NCBI GenBank assembly: GCA_964016885.1
Contig: OZ024757.1
Location: 22,506,001-22,570,000, forward strand
Direction of reading: 5' to 3'
DNA: 64,000 nucleotides
Source: Eledone cirrhosa
Lineage: Eukaryota
Each line of letters opens with the position of its first letter. The first letter of the stretch is position 1. Position numbers and translations under genes: made by a program. Shown in pieces: positions 12,691 through 25,800 of the stretch. A model generated the notes under the pieces. That model searched no databases. It worked only from the letters and a program-made list of their open reading frames with translations, and was not told the origin of the DNA.

Positions 12691-12869
12691 AGAAAAAAAG
12701 AAGATATAGTGGTTGAACACCGGAAGTTTATATCTGTAGTAAGTAAAGCACCCAGTCCATATGACGAGTTCGGTATAAAGTTACACTCAAGTTGAAAATC
12801 CGTTGGGTGAAACACGTGTATTCGAAGATGGTTTGCTAATATGTTGTGGAATTAACTTCATATATATAT

Positions 12870-13192
12870 ATCATCATCATTTCACATCTGCTTTTCCCTG
12901 CTTGCAAGGGTGGGACGGGAACTGATTCTGGCTTGATTTCTACAGCTGGATGCCCTTCCTAACACCAACCTCATTTACAGTGAGTGCTGAGTGCTTTTTT
13001 GCCGTCGCACCTCCACAACCACTTTACAGTGGAATGATATGGACCCCAGTCCCCATCATCTCATTTCTACAGCTGAGTAGAGTAAACTGGAGCAATGTGA
13101 AATAAAGTGTTTTGCTCAAGGAAACAACACATCACCCAGTCTGAGAATTGAACTCACAACCTTTTGATTGCACTAAGCCATGTGCCTCCATT
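12870..13192 (-). mobile_element. SINE family A
   Basis: Reverse complement of the family A sequence, with a small deletion in the head. Confidence 0.9.
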
Positions 13193-13224
<32 letters not shown>

Positions 13225-13562
13225 TATATATGTGTGTGTGTGTGTATGTGTGTACTATTTTGATAACAAATGAGAACCAAATAAACAGACATATTTCTCA
13301 TTTGTTATTGAAACGGTAAGAGATTAACTGTAGGGCAGAAAACCCTTGTAAATAATATCTGCACTCAAAAGTATATCGTACTAAGTTGAATAATGGTCAT
13401 ACTGGTCACAACTAGTAACATCTCATCCATATATGTATATATAAATGTATATGTGTGTGTGTATACATATGTGTGTGTGTATATATATATATATATTTGC
13501 GAACCTCCAACCGTCAAGGTTGTTCTTCTGCGGGTATGTCAACATTTATAAAACAAATTTTG

Positions 13563-13622
13563 TATTTTATCTGATGAAAGCGCACCAAAATCTGCCTTGG
13601 TTGAAATATATATAATAAAATA
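13563..13622 (+). ncRNA. Minimal type-I hammerhead-like motif (stem II damaged)
   Basis: TATTTTAT-CTGATGA-(imperfect stem II)-GAAA-TATATA-TA-ATAAAATA: 8-bp stem I, intact core boxes, palindromic stem III. Confidence 0.6.
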
Positions 13623-14001
13623 ATTATGGTTTTATAAATATAGTTTCCATTTATTAATATAATGAATATTTACTCCACCAAACTGTTGAGTGCTTTATAT
13701 CAGTTATATAACTTTTAAGTTTGTTGAATTCCAACAAATTAAATATAACCTTTGCATATTTATATATATATATATATCAGGATTGAATACTTGTCTATTG
13801 TATATTGTTCAGAAACAGATGTATGTACAACAGAATCCACAGATTACTTCGCCAACAAAAATGATGATTAATGACTGTAAACTGAGACCAAGAGCATATT
13901 TCCAATATAGTGAAGAAAAAACAATGGGATATGTCTTTAAGCAAGATGTCAGTGCGTTTATATGTGTGCATGTATATCATTATATATATCGATGCGTATG
14001 C

Positions 14002-14038
<37 letters not shown>

Positions 14039-14559
14039 CATCCACACAGTTGTATGTACATCAAAAGAAAAAGACAAAACAAGGAAAAGCAGACGCACAA
14101 GTATATATGTATGTGTGTGCCCAAATTTCCATTATTTTCAGTTATATCCAACAAAATAGTTAAGCTATTTATCTCCAGATCTGCTCTGAACCCAACAGAT
14201 CTACAATCAAATGTATCATTCCAGCTGTGACCATCATGCCCTTTTTTTAAAGCATACTTAACCTTTGCTTTATAATAGGAGGATGTGATTTGAGGGAAAT
14301 TTGGTTGTTATTTCTCGCAGATTAACAAGCCACATAGAAGACCACTCCATGACCAATATCTAGCACTTTCATAACTATATTCGAATTAAAAGATACTGCT
14401 TATTATACTGGTGTTTGGAACATAACTTAAAAAAGGTTTTTACATAAAATTAGGATAGAAAGTTTTAGATTAAATATGGTCGTGTTGGTGACAACACCAC
14501 CCAGTCCACCATGTGAGGTGGTTGTGTTAGTGACAAACCAATGTTCTTATATAAGAACA

Positions 14560-14764
14560 TAAGGGTTTCTTATATAGGCACAAGGCCAGCTATTTTGGGG
14601 GAGAGGAAAGTCGAGTAAATCGACCCCAGTGCGTGACTGGTACTTTATTTTATCGACCCCGAAAGAATGAAAGGCAAAGTTAACCTCGGCGGGATTTGAA
14701 CTCAGATCATAAAGAGCCGTAACTCTATGCTGCAAAGCATGGCGTCCGGCGCTCTACCGATACC

Positions 14765-14765
<1 letters not shown>
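14560..14765 (-). mobile_element. SINE family B, long-tail variant
   Basis: Family B head and body plus an extra ggggtcgattta.tcgactttcc segment. Confidence 0.85.
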
Positions 14766-14840
<75 letters not shown>

Positions 14841-14981
14841 ATATATATATATATATGTATGTATGTATGTATGTAAAAGTTAAGCAGAAATAGCAAAAGT
14901 TAAACAGAAATAACAAAACAAATGGTGTGCAGTACATGGAAGCAATATGTTAGTTTAATGCTTGAAATAGCAGGAAGAAAG

Positions 14982-15017
14982 TCTTAACGTTTCGGACACT
15001 AGTCCTACATCAGAAGA
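14982..15017 (-). ncRNA. Minimal hammerhead-like motif
   Basis: Minus strand TCTT-CTGATGTA-GGAC-TAGT-GTCC-GAAA-CG-TT-AAGA; one core deviation; decayed paralogue at 17887-17921 with homologous flanks. Confidence 0.6.
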
Positions 15018-15697
15018 TAGTGTCAGAAATAGAAGGTAGATAGAAAGTAAGGAGTTATAAGAGGAAAGAATGGGGAAAATTTGTGGGGAGGGAAAATGAG
15101 AAAGAAAAAAGACACACATATGTATTCAATCAGCCATGTGTAAGTGTGTGTGAGTGTGTGTGTGAGTGTGTATGTGTGAGTGTGTATGTGTGAGTGTGTG
15201 TGTGTGTGTGTGAGTGAATGTATTTAAAGCAGAAAGAAGAAAAACAGAACTCCATCCCAAAAACAAAAAACCCTAACTAATAACAAAAGCAATCACACAC
15301 ACTCCCCCCCCCCCCCCCACACACACACACAACCCACTCCCCCACACACCCACACTCACCCACTAACCTCCCCTACACACACATACACTCACCCACACAA
15401 CCACACACTCCCACTCGCCCACACAACCACCCACATCCACACATCCCCCACACACCCACTCACTCCCCACACATCCCCCACACACCCACTCACTCCCCCA
15501 TACACCCCACCCCCACCCACTCCACTTCTAAAATATCCATGTAAAAATTATTTGCGAATCATCTGAGTACAGAAATTTCCCCAAACTGGTTTTTTCACAG
15601 TTATTTAGGAAGAAGTAATTTATTTTATTGCTATATTTATTGGCTGGAATTAATATAATGAGAATGCATCCATAATACAGGTCAGTCACAGAATATT

Positions 15698-17254
15698 CCA
15701 GTACATAGTACTGGACACAGTATTGCAGTACATAGTACTGGACACAGTATTGCAGTACATAGTACTGGACACAGTATTGCAGTACATAGTACTGGACACA
15801 GTATTACAGTACATAGTACTGGACACAGTATTGCAGTACATAGTACTGGACACAGTATTGCAGTACATAGTACTGGACACAGTATTACAGTACATAGTAC
15901 TGGACACAGTATTGCAGTACATAGTACTGGACACAGTATTGCAGTACATAGTACTGGACACAGTATTTCAGTATTACAGTACATAGTACTGGACACAGTA
16001 TTGCAGTACATAGTACTGGACACAGTATTGCAGTACATAGTACTGGACACAGTATTTCAGTACATAGTACTGGACACAGTATTGCAGTACATAGTACTGG
16101 ACACAGTATTTCAGTACATAGTACTGGACACAGTATTTCAGTACATAGTACTGGACACAGTATTGCAGTACATAGTACTGGACACAGTATTTCAGTACAT
16201 AGTACTGGACACAGTATTGCAGTACATAGTACTGGACACAGTATTGCAGTACATAGTACTGGACACAGTATTACAGTACATAGTACTGGACACAGTATTA
16301 CAGTACATAGTACTGGACACACAGTATTACAGTATTACAGTACATAGCACTGGACACAGTATTGCAGTACATAGTACTGGACACAGTATTTCAGTACATA
16401 GTACTGGACACAGTATTGCAGTACATAGTACTGGACACAGTATTGCAGTACATAGTACTGGACACAGTATTACAGTACATAGTACTGGACACAGTATTAC
16501 AGTACATAGTACTGGACACAGTATTACAGTACATAGTACTGGACACAGCATTGCAGTACATAGTACTGGACACAGCATTGCAGTACATAGTACTGGACAC
16601 AGTATTGCAGTACATAGTACTGGACACAGTATTGCAGTACATAGTACTGGACACAGTATTGCAGTACATAGTACTGGACACAGTATTGCAGTACATAGTA
16701 CTGGACACAGTATTACAGTACATAGTACTGGACACAGTATTGCAGTACATAGTACTGGACACAGTATTTCAGTACATAGTACTGGACACAGTATTACAGT
16801 ACATAGTACTGGACACACAGTATTACAGTACATAGTACTGGACACAGTATTGCAGTACATAGTACTGGACACAGTATTACAGTACATAGTACTGGACACA
16901 GTATTGCAGTACATAGTACTGGACACAGTATTACAGTACATAGTACTGGACACAGTATTGCAGTACATAGTACTGGACACAGTATTGCAGTACATAGTAC
17001 TGGACACAGTATTTCAGTACATAGTACTGGACACAGTATTACAGTACATAGTACTGGACACAGTATTACAGTACATAGTACTGGACACACAGTATTACAG
17101 TACATAGTACTGGACACAGTATTGCAGTACATAGTACTGGACACAGTATTACAGTACATAGTACTGGACACAGTATTGCAGTACATAGTACTGGACACAG
17201 TATTGCAGTACATAGTACTGGACACAGTATTACAGTACATAGTACTGGACACAG
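15698..17254. repeat. 27-bp minisatellite, about 57 copies
   Basis: Unit cagtatt[g/a/t]cagtacatagtactggaca; 9-aa periodicity in the ORF track. Confidence 0.98.
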
Positions 17255-17767
17255 TTTTAAGAGCACCAATACTTGAATGGTTGCCATTGTAAACAAGATA
17301 AATAAAAGTGCACAATAATTCAAAGTGAGTGTGTGTACATTTGTGAATATGTATGCGTGCATGTGTCTGTGGGTGCATGATATATATATATATATATATA
17401 TATACACATTGGGTTTTGCCTACCGCAGTGTACAATTTGTCAAGCTATTTAAACGCATGTTATTACTCTAAGGACCTACCCTTATTGAGTGCTTTGCTAA
17501 CTCATTCCTATTGTAGGGCGACTTTGCTTGCCTACAGCCAAAGCTTCCACATGTGTGTGTGTGTGCGTGCGTGCGTGTGCGTGCGTGCGTGTGCGTGCGT
17601 GTGTATGTGTGTGTGTGTATCACTCTCTAACCTCCCAGTCTTACACTAATAAGGAAACCAGTAATTTATTTTATCAATAAGTAAGTAGCTGAAGGAACAG
17701 AACTGTTCTCTTACTCAATTAGGGGAATGAGACTTCACAATAGCAATTTTGAAGCATTATTCTACTT

Positions 17768-17809
<42 letters not shown>

Positions 17810-18714
17810 GTAAATAGAAACAAAGCAAACAATACAATAGAATGAAGAAATATATTTGTTTAACGCTTGATATAGTAGGAAATTATTCTTAATGTTTCAG
17901 ACACTGGTCTCTCATTGGAAGGTAGAATGAAAAATAAAAGAGGAAATAAAAAGATAGAAAAGGGAGAAGAGGAAGGAACAGAGAAAAAGGTTTTTAGGAA
18001 AAAACATGTGTGAATTCAATATTCAGCAATGGCTGGGCTCTCGTTCTTTGGGAACTAATATTTTCTAGAATTTCAAGATGTCTGTTGATGATTGCTTCAC
18101 CATTTGCCAATGCTAATCAATGGTAAATGCTGATGAGTTTTGCTATATGAAATGGTACAATATAGGTCTAGTAAAATATTAGTGGTTAAGTATAATACTT
18201 ATTCTGTCTCTATGATTTTTAATCTAATTAGATTGTTCTCTGCAAAATATGTGATTTTCTATGATATTGGCATGTGTGAGTTCTTAGATTTTTAACCCTA
18301 ATACTTTCATTGAACTGTCATATATATATTCTTCGTTTTTGAATTTGTTTTGCAAGATTTCTAATCTGAAAACCAACAGTTACTTTCGGATCTAGCTGTC
18401 AAAATGGCCGGAGCTCAGTCATCTGGGTGTCCTGACTATTTCCCTATATATATATATTTGATCGATTTAATTTTAATGTGGTTTGTCTACATGCAAACCG
18501 TCAAAGATTATTGAGAAATAAATACAAAAAAAAAACATATACATTTTCACCACAAAACAGTGTCATGAGTGTACACAGCATGGCTGAGTGGTTAAGAAGT
18601 TTGCTTAGCAAACATTAGAGTCCAGGTTCAATCCCTCTGCATGGAATCTTCATCAAATGTCATTTACAATAGTCTTGAATCAACCTAAGAATTATGTTAA
18701 AGGTACATATTCTA

Positions 18715-18975
18715 TTCTAAGGCGGGTAAAATTCCCGAGATCCATGGACGAGTTCTCTCCAGCGGTCTCATTATCGCTGCCATGTCCTGCGTCTCCAATA
18801 GACCAGTGTCTGTCCTTAGGGCATCAACATACGTTAACCTTGGTCTTCCTCTTCTAGTGTGTCCATGTAGGGGCTCCCAAAGGAGCACTGAGTGCAATGT
18901 CAACTCTGGATGTCGGTGAGCATGTCCAGTTAACCTCAGTCTCCTCTGTATATAAATTTGAGTGACTTCCATCAG
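18715..18975 (-). mobile_element. C-terminal ORF fragment of an RTE-X/RTE-like LINE
   Basis: RRLRLTGHAHRHPELTLHSVLLWEPLHGHTRRGRPRLTYVDALRTDTG matches the RRLRxxGH...RGRP..Y.D C-terminal motif of RTE-group ORFs. Confidence 0.8.
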
Positions 18976-19279
18976 TCCGTCACATAATGTGTGTATGTGT
19001 TTGTGTAAATGAATGTGTGTGTAAATGGAAGAAAGGGGATGGTGAAAAAACTATAACAAAATAGTCGCTGGCATTCCATTTGTTATGCTGTATGTGAGTG
19101 TGTGTGTGTTTAAATGTATGTGTGATTTTGTGAATGTATGTATGTGTATTTGTATGTCTGTGAGTGTGTATTTTTGTAAGTGTGTCTGTGCTTGTGCATT
19201 TATATTTATATACTCATACATATAAATGTATGCACATACACATGTACACAGTCTGAGGAATACTCAGCCACTTTTGGTT

Positions 19280-19700
19280 TTTTTTTCAGTTTAAATTTAT
19301 TTATTCAATATACAAAATCTCACAATGTCATCAAAGACGATTGACTTTACATGAAGATAATTAAGCAGTATCTGATAGAAACATAACATACTACTAAAGG
19401 GTACAGAAAAGGAAGAAGAAAAAAAGAAAATGAAAAAGAGAAAAAGAAAGAAGGATCGAGCAATACAAGAAAGGGTGAGAGGGAGGGACAGTCAGTACAC
19501 CCTAGTCTGAGCGATGCCTTTGTCGCAGACAAAATGGCAAAGACGTTATAGCAGAGAATGGCCAGTGACACCCGTGGTCACAGCCACCCATCTCACAAGT
19601 CTCCCTCCTCAAGAGACCAGTGAAAAGTGGAAGCAGTCAGTCAGGCCTCAGTTTTTGACTTCATTTCCTCCCCATCACAGGCAGCAGAAATACAAGTGTC
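19280..19700 (-). mobile_element. 3' UTR of an unclassified non-LTR element with AATAAA and an A-rich end
   Basis: Homologous to 53445-53955 (+) and 52990-53070 (-). Confidence 0.6.
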
Positions 19701-19711
19701 ATTTACCATAG

Positions 19712-20290
19712 TCTTCCGAGGCCATAGTATCTAGAATAAGGACGGGTTGGAAGAAGTTTAGGGAGCTGCTTCCTCTGCTGATGAAGAAGGGTTTCTCCCT
19801 GCGTACGAAAGGCCGGTTATATGATGCCTGTGTGAGGAGCGCGATGCTGCATGGTAGTGAGACATGGGCAGCAACTGCAGAGGATATGCAATGGCTGGAG
19901 AGAAATGAAGCAAGCATGCTCCGTTGGATGTGCAATGTCAATGTGCATGAACGACCCAGCATGAATGTGTTGAGAGAGAAACTGTGTTTGAGTGGGATAG
20001 AATGTAGTGTGCGAGAGAGGAGACTGAGGTGGTATGGACATGTGATGAGCATGGAGGTTGACCGATGGGTGAAGAAGTGCCGGGAAATGCCAGTTGAAGG
20101 AAGACGTGGCAGAGGTAGACCACGAAAAACATGAGCGGAGGTGGTGAGAACAGACCTCAGATCGCTGAAGCTCACGGTGGAGATGACGAAGGACCGTGAC
20201 AAGTGGAGAGATGCTGCGCTGAATAAGACCCATCCCACCCTTACAAGCAGGGAAAAGCGGATGTAAAATGATGATGATGATGATGATGAT
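19712..20290 (+). mobile_element. 5'-truncated RTE-clade LINE (ORF C-terminus and tail)
   Basis: GWKKFRELLPLL...KGRLYDACVRSAMLHGSETW...RRLRWYGHV...RGRGRPRKT; one premature TGA at 20132 in place of the expected Trp; the frame continues to TAA at 20264; (TGA)n tail. Confidence 0.92.
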
Positions 20291-20408
20291 TAAGTCAACC
20301 CATGTTTTGTGAATGTAACTGGATTGGTAGCCTGAGGGATGGATTGTATCTCACATTCTAAGGACTGCCAAATTGCCACCTATTTTTGTCATTCATCTTG
20401 ATTATAAT

Positions 20409-20584
20409 TGTTTCTACTTTTGGCACAAGGCCAGCAATCATCCCAGTGCATTACTGGTACTTTATTTTATCGACCCCGTAAGGATGAAAGGCAAAGTTAA
20501 CCTCGGTGGGATTTGAACTCAGATCGTAAAGGCCCGTAACTCCATGCTGCAAACCATGGCGTCCGACCCTCTACCGGCACTGCC
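20409..20584 (-). mobile_element. SINE family B with a ~19-bp target-site duplication
   Basis: Flanks cattcatcttgattataat (20390-20408) and cattcttcttgataataat (20585-20603). Confidence 0.88.
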
Positions 20585-20599
20585 CATTCTTCTTGATAA

Positions 20600-20850
20600 T
20601 AATCATTATCAAATGTGTTCACCTACTACACATCATCATCCACATTATCACCACCCTCATCATCACCACCCTCATCATCCATATCATCATCATCCACATC
20701 ATCATCATCACCACCACCACCATCACTACCACCATCATCATCATCCACATCATCATCATCACCACCACCATCATCACTACCACCACCATCAACATCCACA
20801 TCATCATAAACACCACCACCATCATCACTACCACCATCATCATCCATTTC
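20600..20850. repeat. (CAT/CAC)n microsatellite
   Basis: Triplet repeat; source of the poly-His ORF. Confidence 0.95.
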
Positions 20851-20887
20851 ACTTAGTAAACAGATTTGTAAGCTGAAACTATTCTAT

Positions 20888-20940
<53 letters not shown>

Positions 20941-21242
20941 CATGCACCCACTCATGCACACACACAGACAGACACGCACATATAGTGACCAGATTGTATT
21001 TTCAGCCTGACCATCTACTAATTATTATAGCTGTTGTGGTTACAGTTCATCAAAGCTGTCTCCATGGCTTTTATTAGCCTATAATCTGGACATATACCCC
21101 CCACCCCCCACCCACCCACCTCCCTTACTGATTTAGTTTGTTATTTTGTAATTTTGTTATTTAAACTAGCCATCATGCCAATTGTGAAGACATGAAAAGG
21201 AATCGAATTACACATCTGATAACTGATAAAATCTCATAGAAA

Positions 21243-21263
21243 ATAACTAACTAAATAACTAAC

Positions 21264-21330
<67 letters not shown>

Positions 21331-21335
21331 ATGAA
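21243..21335. repeat. (TAAA)n/(TAAC)n microsatellite
   Basis: Direct reading. Confidence 0.95.
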
Positions 21336-21657
21336 TAAGTAGAGAAATAATTAAATAGATGTATAAAGTGGAAACGAGAGTTTGTTTACTTTCCTATGTT
21401 GCTAGAATTTACAGATGTTTTTAGATGAAAATCAAAAGATATGCTGTTAAAAGGTATGTTGTTACCAACGGTACATTAAAACAATGATATATTGTATTTA
21501 GCTGTATCAGCTAAATGCAATACACTAAAGAATGTATATATTACCTGTCAGCCAATATCATAATCCTGGTACAGGTAGATAAGGCCGTGTCATTAAGAAA
21601 TAATATATACAATACTTAATGAATACTTCTTAGAGGATGAAAATATAATCATAAATA

Positions 21658-21840
21658 ATTGTTTCTACTTTAGGCACAAGGTCAGCAATTAACCAGTGCA
21701 TTACTGGTACTTTATTTTATTGACCCCGTAAGGATGAAAGGCAAAGTTAAGCTCGGCGGGATTTGAACTCAGATCGTAAAGGGACGTAACTATGCTGGAA
21801 AGCATGGCGTCCGACCCTCTACCGATACTGCCAATCCACC
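21658..21840 (-). mobile_element. SINE family B
   Basis: Full reverse copy. Confidence 0.88.
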
Positions 21841-22351
21841 ATAATGTACCAGTGATACACTAGGGTTGATTTAATCAACATCCTCCTCCTCCTCCAAAAT
21901 TGTTGGCCTTGTGCCTAAATGAGAAAGTATTATCTATCATCCAATGACATAATCATGGTAGAGGTAGGTATGACTGTGTGGTTAAGAAATCTGCTTCACA
22001 GCTATATTGTTTGGGGGGGGGTTCAATCCCACTTCACAGTACCTTGGACTCAAGTGTTTTCTACGTATAATTTCCAGTCAACCAAAGACATGAGAGTGAA
22101 ATTTCGTTGATGGAATCTATGCAAGTGCATGCAGATGGGTGAACCTTGCTTTTCCTCCTTTTGTGGTTGATAAAAAACACCAGTTCAATACCAGGGTCAA
22201 TTCTTCTTCTCTCTCTCTCTGTCTCTCCTTCTCTTTAAGGAATCACTTCTGATCAAAACTGGAGAAAGGATTGGCTTTGTAAAGCTTAAAATGCCCAAGA
22301 CTAGTACTGGAGGTCGATTCTTATATATCTCTTCCTCTTTATCCCTACTAG

Positions 22352-22398
<47 letters not shown>

Positions 22399-22402
<4 letters not shown>

Positions 22403-22659
22403 AGGCCGAAACAAATGAGGTCGTGTAGGTGTCACGACAAAAAAAACACACAGTCCACGCTGTAATGTGGCCGTGTAGGTAACAAGGTAAAAACCTCCCA
22501 GTTCCACACTGTAAATGTGGTTGGTGTTAGAAAGGGCATCCAGCCGTAGAAAACCCGCCAGACAGTCCTATGCGAGCAAGACAACCACTCTTGCCTCAAG
22601 TGGGAAAACTCCCGTCCAAACCCATGCAAGCGTGGAATATGGACGTTAAATGATGATGA

Positions 22660-22665
<6 letters not shown>
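22399..22665 (+). mobile_element. RTE 3' UTR fragment (family C)
   Basis: Near-identical to the reverse complement of 61608-61880; lies within a TA tract. Confidence 0.85.
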
Positions 22666-22705
<40 letters not shown>

Positions 22706-22909
22706 ATATATGTGTGTGTGTGTGTTCAGACCTCATCAGTGATAGACTCTGCAAGGATTAAAATCGCAAAGTGACATTGTATGTCACAACAATGCCTGTG
22801 CATGAAGATATGTTTTAAAGTGAGGAAAGACTGTGCACTGAGCCAATCCCACTCTCTGAGTGACAGTAGCTATAACCCGAAAAGAAGAAAAGATCAACAT
22901 CATTGATAA

Positions 22910-23290
22910 CTACTGAGCCGCAGGTTTTATATCGGAGTTATCCCAGTTTCCTGAGTTGCCTTCTCCTAGAAGAATGCCCTGACAAAGGCTAGGAGTCCTT
23001 AACTCCCAGTGGTTTAACCGCGCGATCGGGTGTCCAGCCTGACTATTTCTATGTCCCCATGCATATACATACATATTTACACGTATATATACATATTTAC
23101 ACACTTTCCGATGGCCGTTGACTCTTATGAGTTCTTCCGCCCTTTGTCAGGTTTTGTTTTTTTTTGTCCAAAATCACCTTCCTCACCAAGTAAACATGGT
23201 GAGGGTTGCCAGTTTAGTCGCCGACGACCCGACCATGTGACAGGTTGTACTGAGTTACATGTTACCAGTAGCACTCAAGAGTGACCCGGC
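22910..23290 (-). mobile_element. Possible 5' region of an RTE-like element, with structured RNA potential
   Basis: GC-richer island; tctaggagaaggcaactc resembles RTE 5' UTR motifs as I recall them; hairpin CCTCACCA/TGGTGAGG. Confidence 0.4.
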
Positions 23291-23809
23291 ATACATACAT
23301 ACATACACACACACACATACATACATACATAAATACAAACTAAAAAGAATTATAAAGAAAATACAAAAGAAAAAGAAAATAAAATAGACACCTTAGTCTG
23401 CAATTGTCAGGCTGGGAGAAAGTTTCCATTTAGCTCTGGTCCCCCTCCTACCTTAACCTATTGCCATATAGAAGTATGATCTTATATAACGTTATATTGG
23501 TAATCCATTTAGATGATTCCATTCTCCAATAACATTAAAAGAGCCACTCATTAAATCGGACCAAGGAAACCATGTTTCCATTTGTCTTTCTATTGCTAAT
23601 ACTATCTGCCGGTCACAACTCCTGCCATATTGTGTTATATTTCATTCACAGGCTGCTGCAAATGTAATTGATCTTGTTACTAGAGATACAGTTATGTTAT
23701 AAAGCTGACCGAACAATTATATGTCCACTTCACTGGACACAGAGAGAGAGAGTGGTCACCTGCAAACACCTTGGTTGTCTGTTGGAGTTGACTGGTGTTA
23801 TTTATCAAG

Positions 23810-24050
23810 AACAACAACAACAACAGCAACAACAACAACAGTAGCAACAACAACGATGACAGCAAGAACAGTAGCACCAACAACAATGATGACAGCAATA
23901 AGAGCAACAACGAAAACAACAACAACAACAACAGTAGCAACAACAACAACAGCAACAACAACAATGATGACAGCAATAACAGCAACAACGAAAACAACAA
24001 CAACAACAACCACAGTTTTCAGCAGCAACAACAACAACAGTAGCAACAAC
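23810..24050. repeat. (AAC/AGC)n microsatellite
   Basis: Direct reading. Confidence 0.95.
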
Positions 24051-24092
24051 CACACATCATTTAACTGTATCTCAAAGTAAAGGAATACTAGA

Positions 24093-24960
24093 CTAGAGCA
24101 CCGGACACCATGCTAGGGTGGTGTATTGGTAGAGCATCGGACACCATGGTAGGGAGGTGTATTGGTAGAGCATCGGACACCATGGTAGGGAGGTGTATTG
24201 GTAGAGCATTGGACACCATGGTAGGGTGGTGTATTGGTAGAGCATCGGACACCATGGTAGGGTGGTGTATTGGTAGAGCATCGGACACCATGGTAGGATG
24301 GTGTATTGGTAGAGCATCGGACACCATGCTAGGGTGGTGTATTGGTAGAGCATCGGACACCATGGTAGAGTGGTGTATTGGTAGAGCATCGGACACCATG
24401 ATAGGGTGGTGTATTGGTAGAGCATCGGACACCATGGTAGGGTGGTGTATTGGTAGAGCATCGGACACCATGCTAGGGTGGTGTATTGGTAGAGCATCGG
24501 ACACCATGGTAGGATGGTGTATTGGTAGAGCATCGGACACCATGGTAGGGTGGTGTATTGGTAGAGCATCGGACACCATGCTAGGGTGGTGTATTGGTAG
24601 AGCATCGGACACCATGGTAGGGTGGTGTATTGGTAGAGCATCGGACACCATGCTAGGGTGGTGTATTGGTAGAGCATCGGACACCATGATAGGGTGGTGT
24701 ATTGGTAGAGCATCGGACACCATGGTAGGGTGGTGTATTGGTAGAGCATCAGACACCATGCTAGGGTGATGTATTGGTAGAGCATCGGACACCATGGTAG
24801 GGTTGTGTATTGGTAGAGCATCGGACACCATGGTAGGGTGGTGTATTGGTAGAGCATCGGACACCATGGTAGGGTGGTGTATTGGTAGAGCATCGGACAC
24901 CATGGTAGGATGGTGTATTGGTAGAGCATCGGACACCATGGTAGGGTGGTGTATTGGTAG
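24093..24960 (+). repeat. 36-bp minisatellite, about 24 copies, derived from the SINE-B head
   Basis: Unit ggtagggtggtgtattggtagagcatcggacaccat; runs directly into the SINE-B B box at 24961. Confidence 0.95.
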
Positions 24961-25085
24961 TTCAAATCCCATCGAGGTTAACTTTGCCTTTCATCCTTAC
25001 AGGGTCGATAAAATAAAGCACCAGTAACACACTGGGATAATTGCTGGCCTTGTGCCAAAAGTAGAAACAATTATTATTATTACTA
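24961..25085 (+). mobile_element. SINE family B body and tail
   Basis: ttcaaatcccatcgaggttaactttgcctttcatcc...gtagaaacaattattatt. Confidence 0.88.
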
Positions 25086-25242
25086 TTATTGACATATCAA
25101 AGTGACATGGCAGTGTGCCAGCATTACAGCAGAATGTCAAAACAACACGGAAGACAACGTGCCAATGTTAACAAAAGCAAGCCAATAGCAGAACAATGCC
25201 AATGTCCATGTTGGATGTCTGTTAAGTGATGTTAGTTCTATC

Positions 25243-25800
25243 ATGTGACATCACCCCAGGGCATTGTAACTACCTCATGGTTGTGGGAATTAGGGTCCAG
25301 TTCTAACATATGTCATCACCCCAGGGCATTGTAACCACCTCATGGTTGTGGGAATTAGGGTCCAGTTCTAACATATGACATCACCCCAGGGCATTGTAAC
25401 TACCTCATGGTTGTGGGAATTAGGGTCCAGTTCTAACATATGACATCACCCCCAGGGCATTGTAACTACCTCATGGTTGTGGGAATTAGGGTCCAGTTCT
25501 AACATATGACATCACCCCAGGGCATTGTAACTACCTCATGGTTGTGGGAATTAGGGTCCAGTTCTAACATATGACATCACTCCAGGGCATTGTAACTATC
25601 TCATGGTTGTGGGAATTAGGGTCCAGTTCCATCATGTGACATCATCTCAGGCCATTGTAACCCCCTCATGGTAGAGGGATTTAGGGTTCAGTTCTATCTT
25701 TTGTAGGAGACAGTAATCATGTGACATCACCCCAGAGCACTGTAACCACCTCATGATTGCAGGGTTTAGAGTCTAGTTCTATCTTTCTTTTGTAGGAGAC
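25243..25800. repeat. 65-bp minisatellite, about 7 copies plus a decayed edge
   Basis: tcaccccagggcattgtaac at 25251, 25316, 25381 and onward. Confidence 0.93.

Noticed and set aside
12761-12820. Hammerhead-like ATGACGA...GAAACACGTGTA
   Set aside because: Palindromic stem III is suggestive, but the core C is missing and stems I and II do not pair convincingly.
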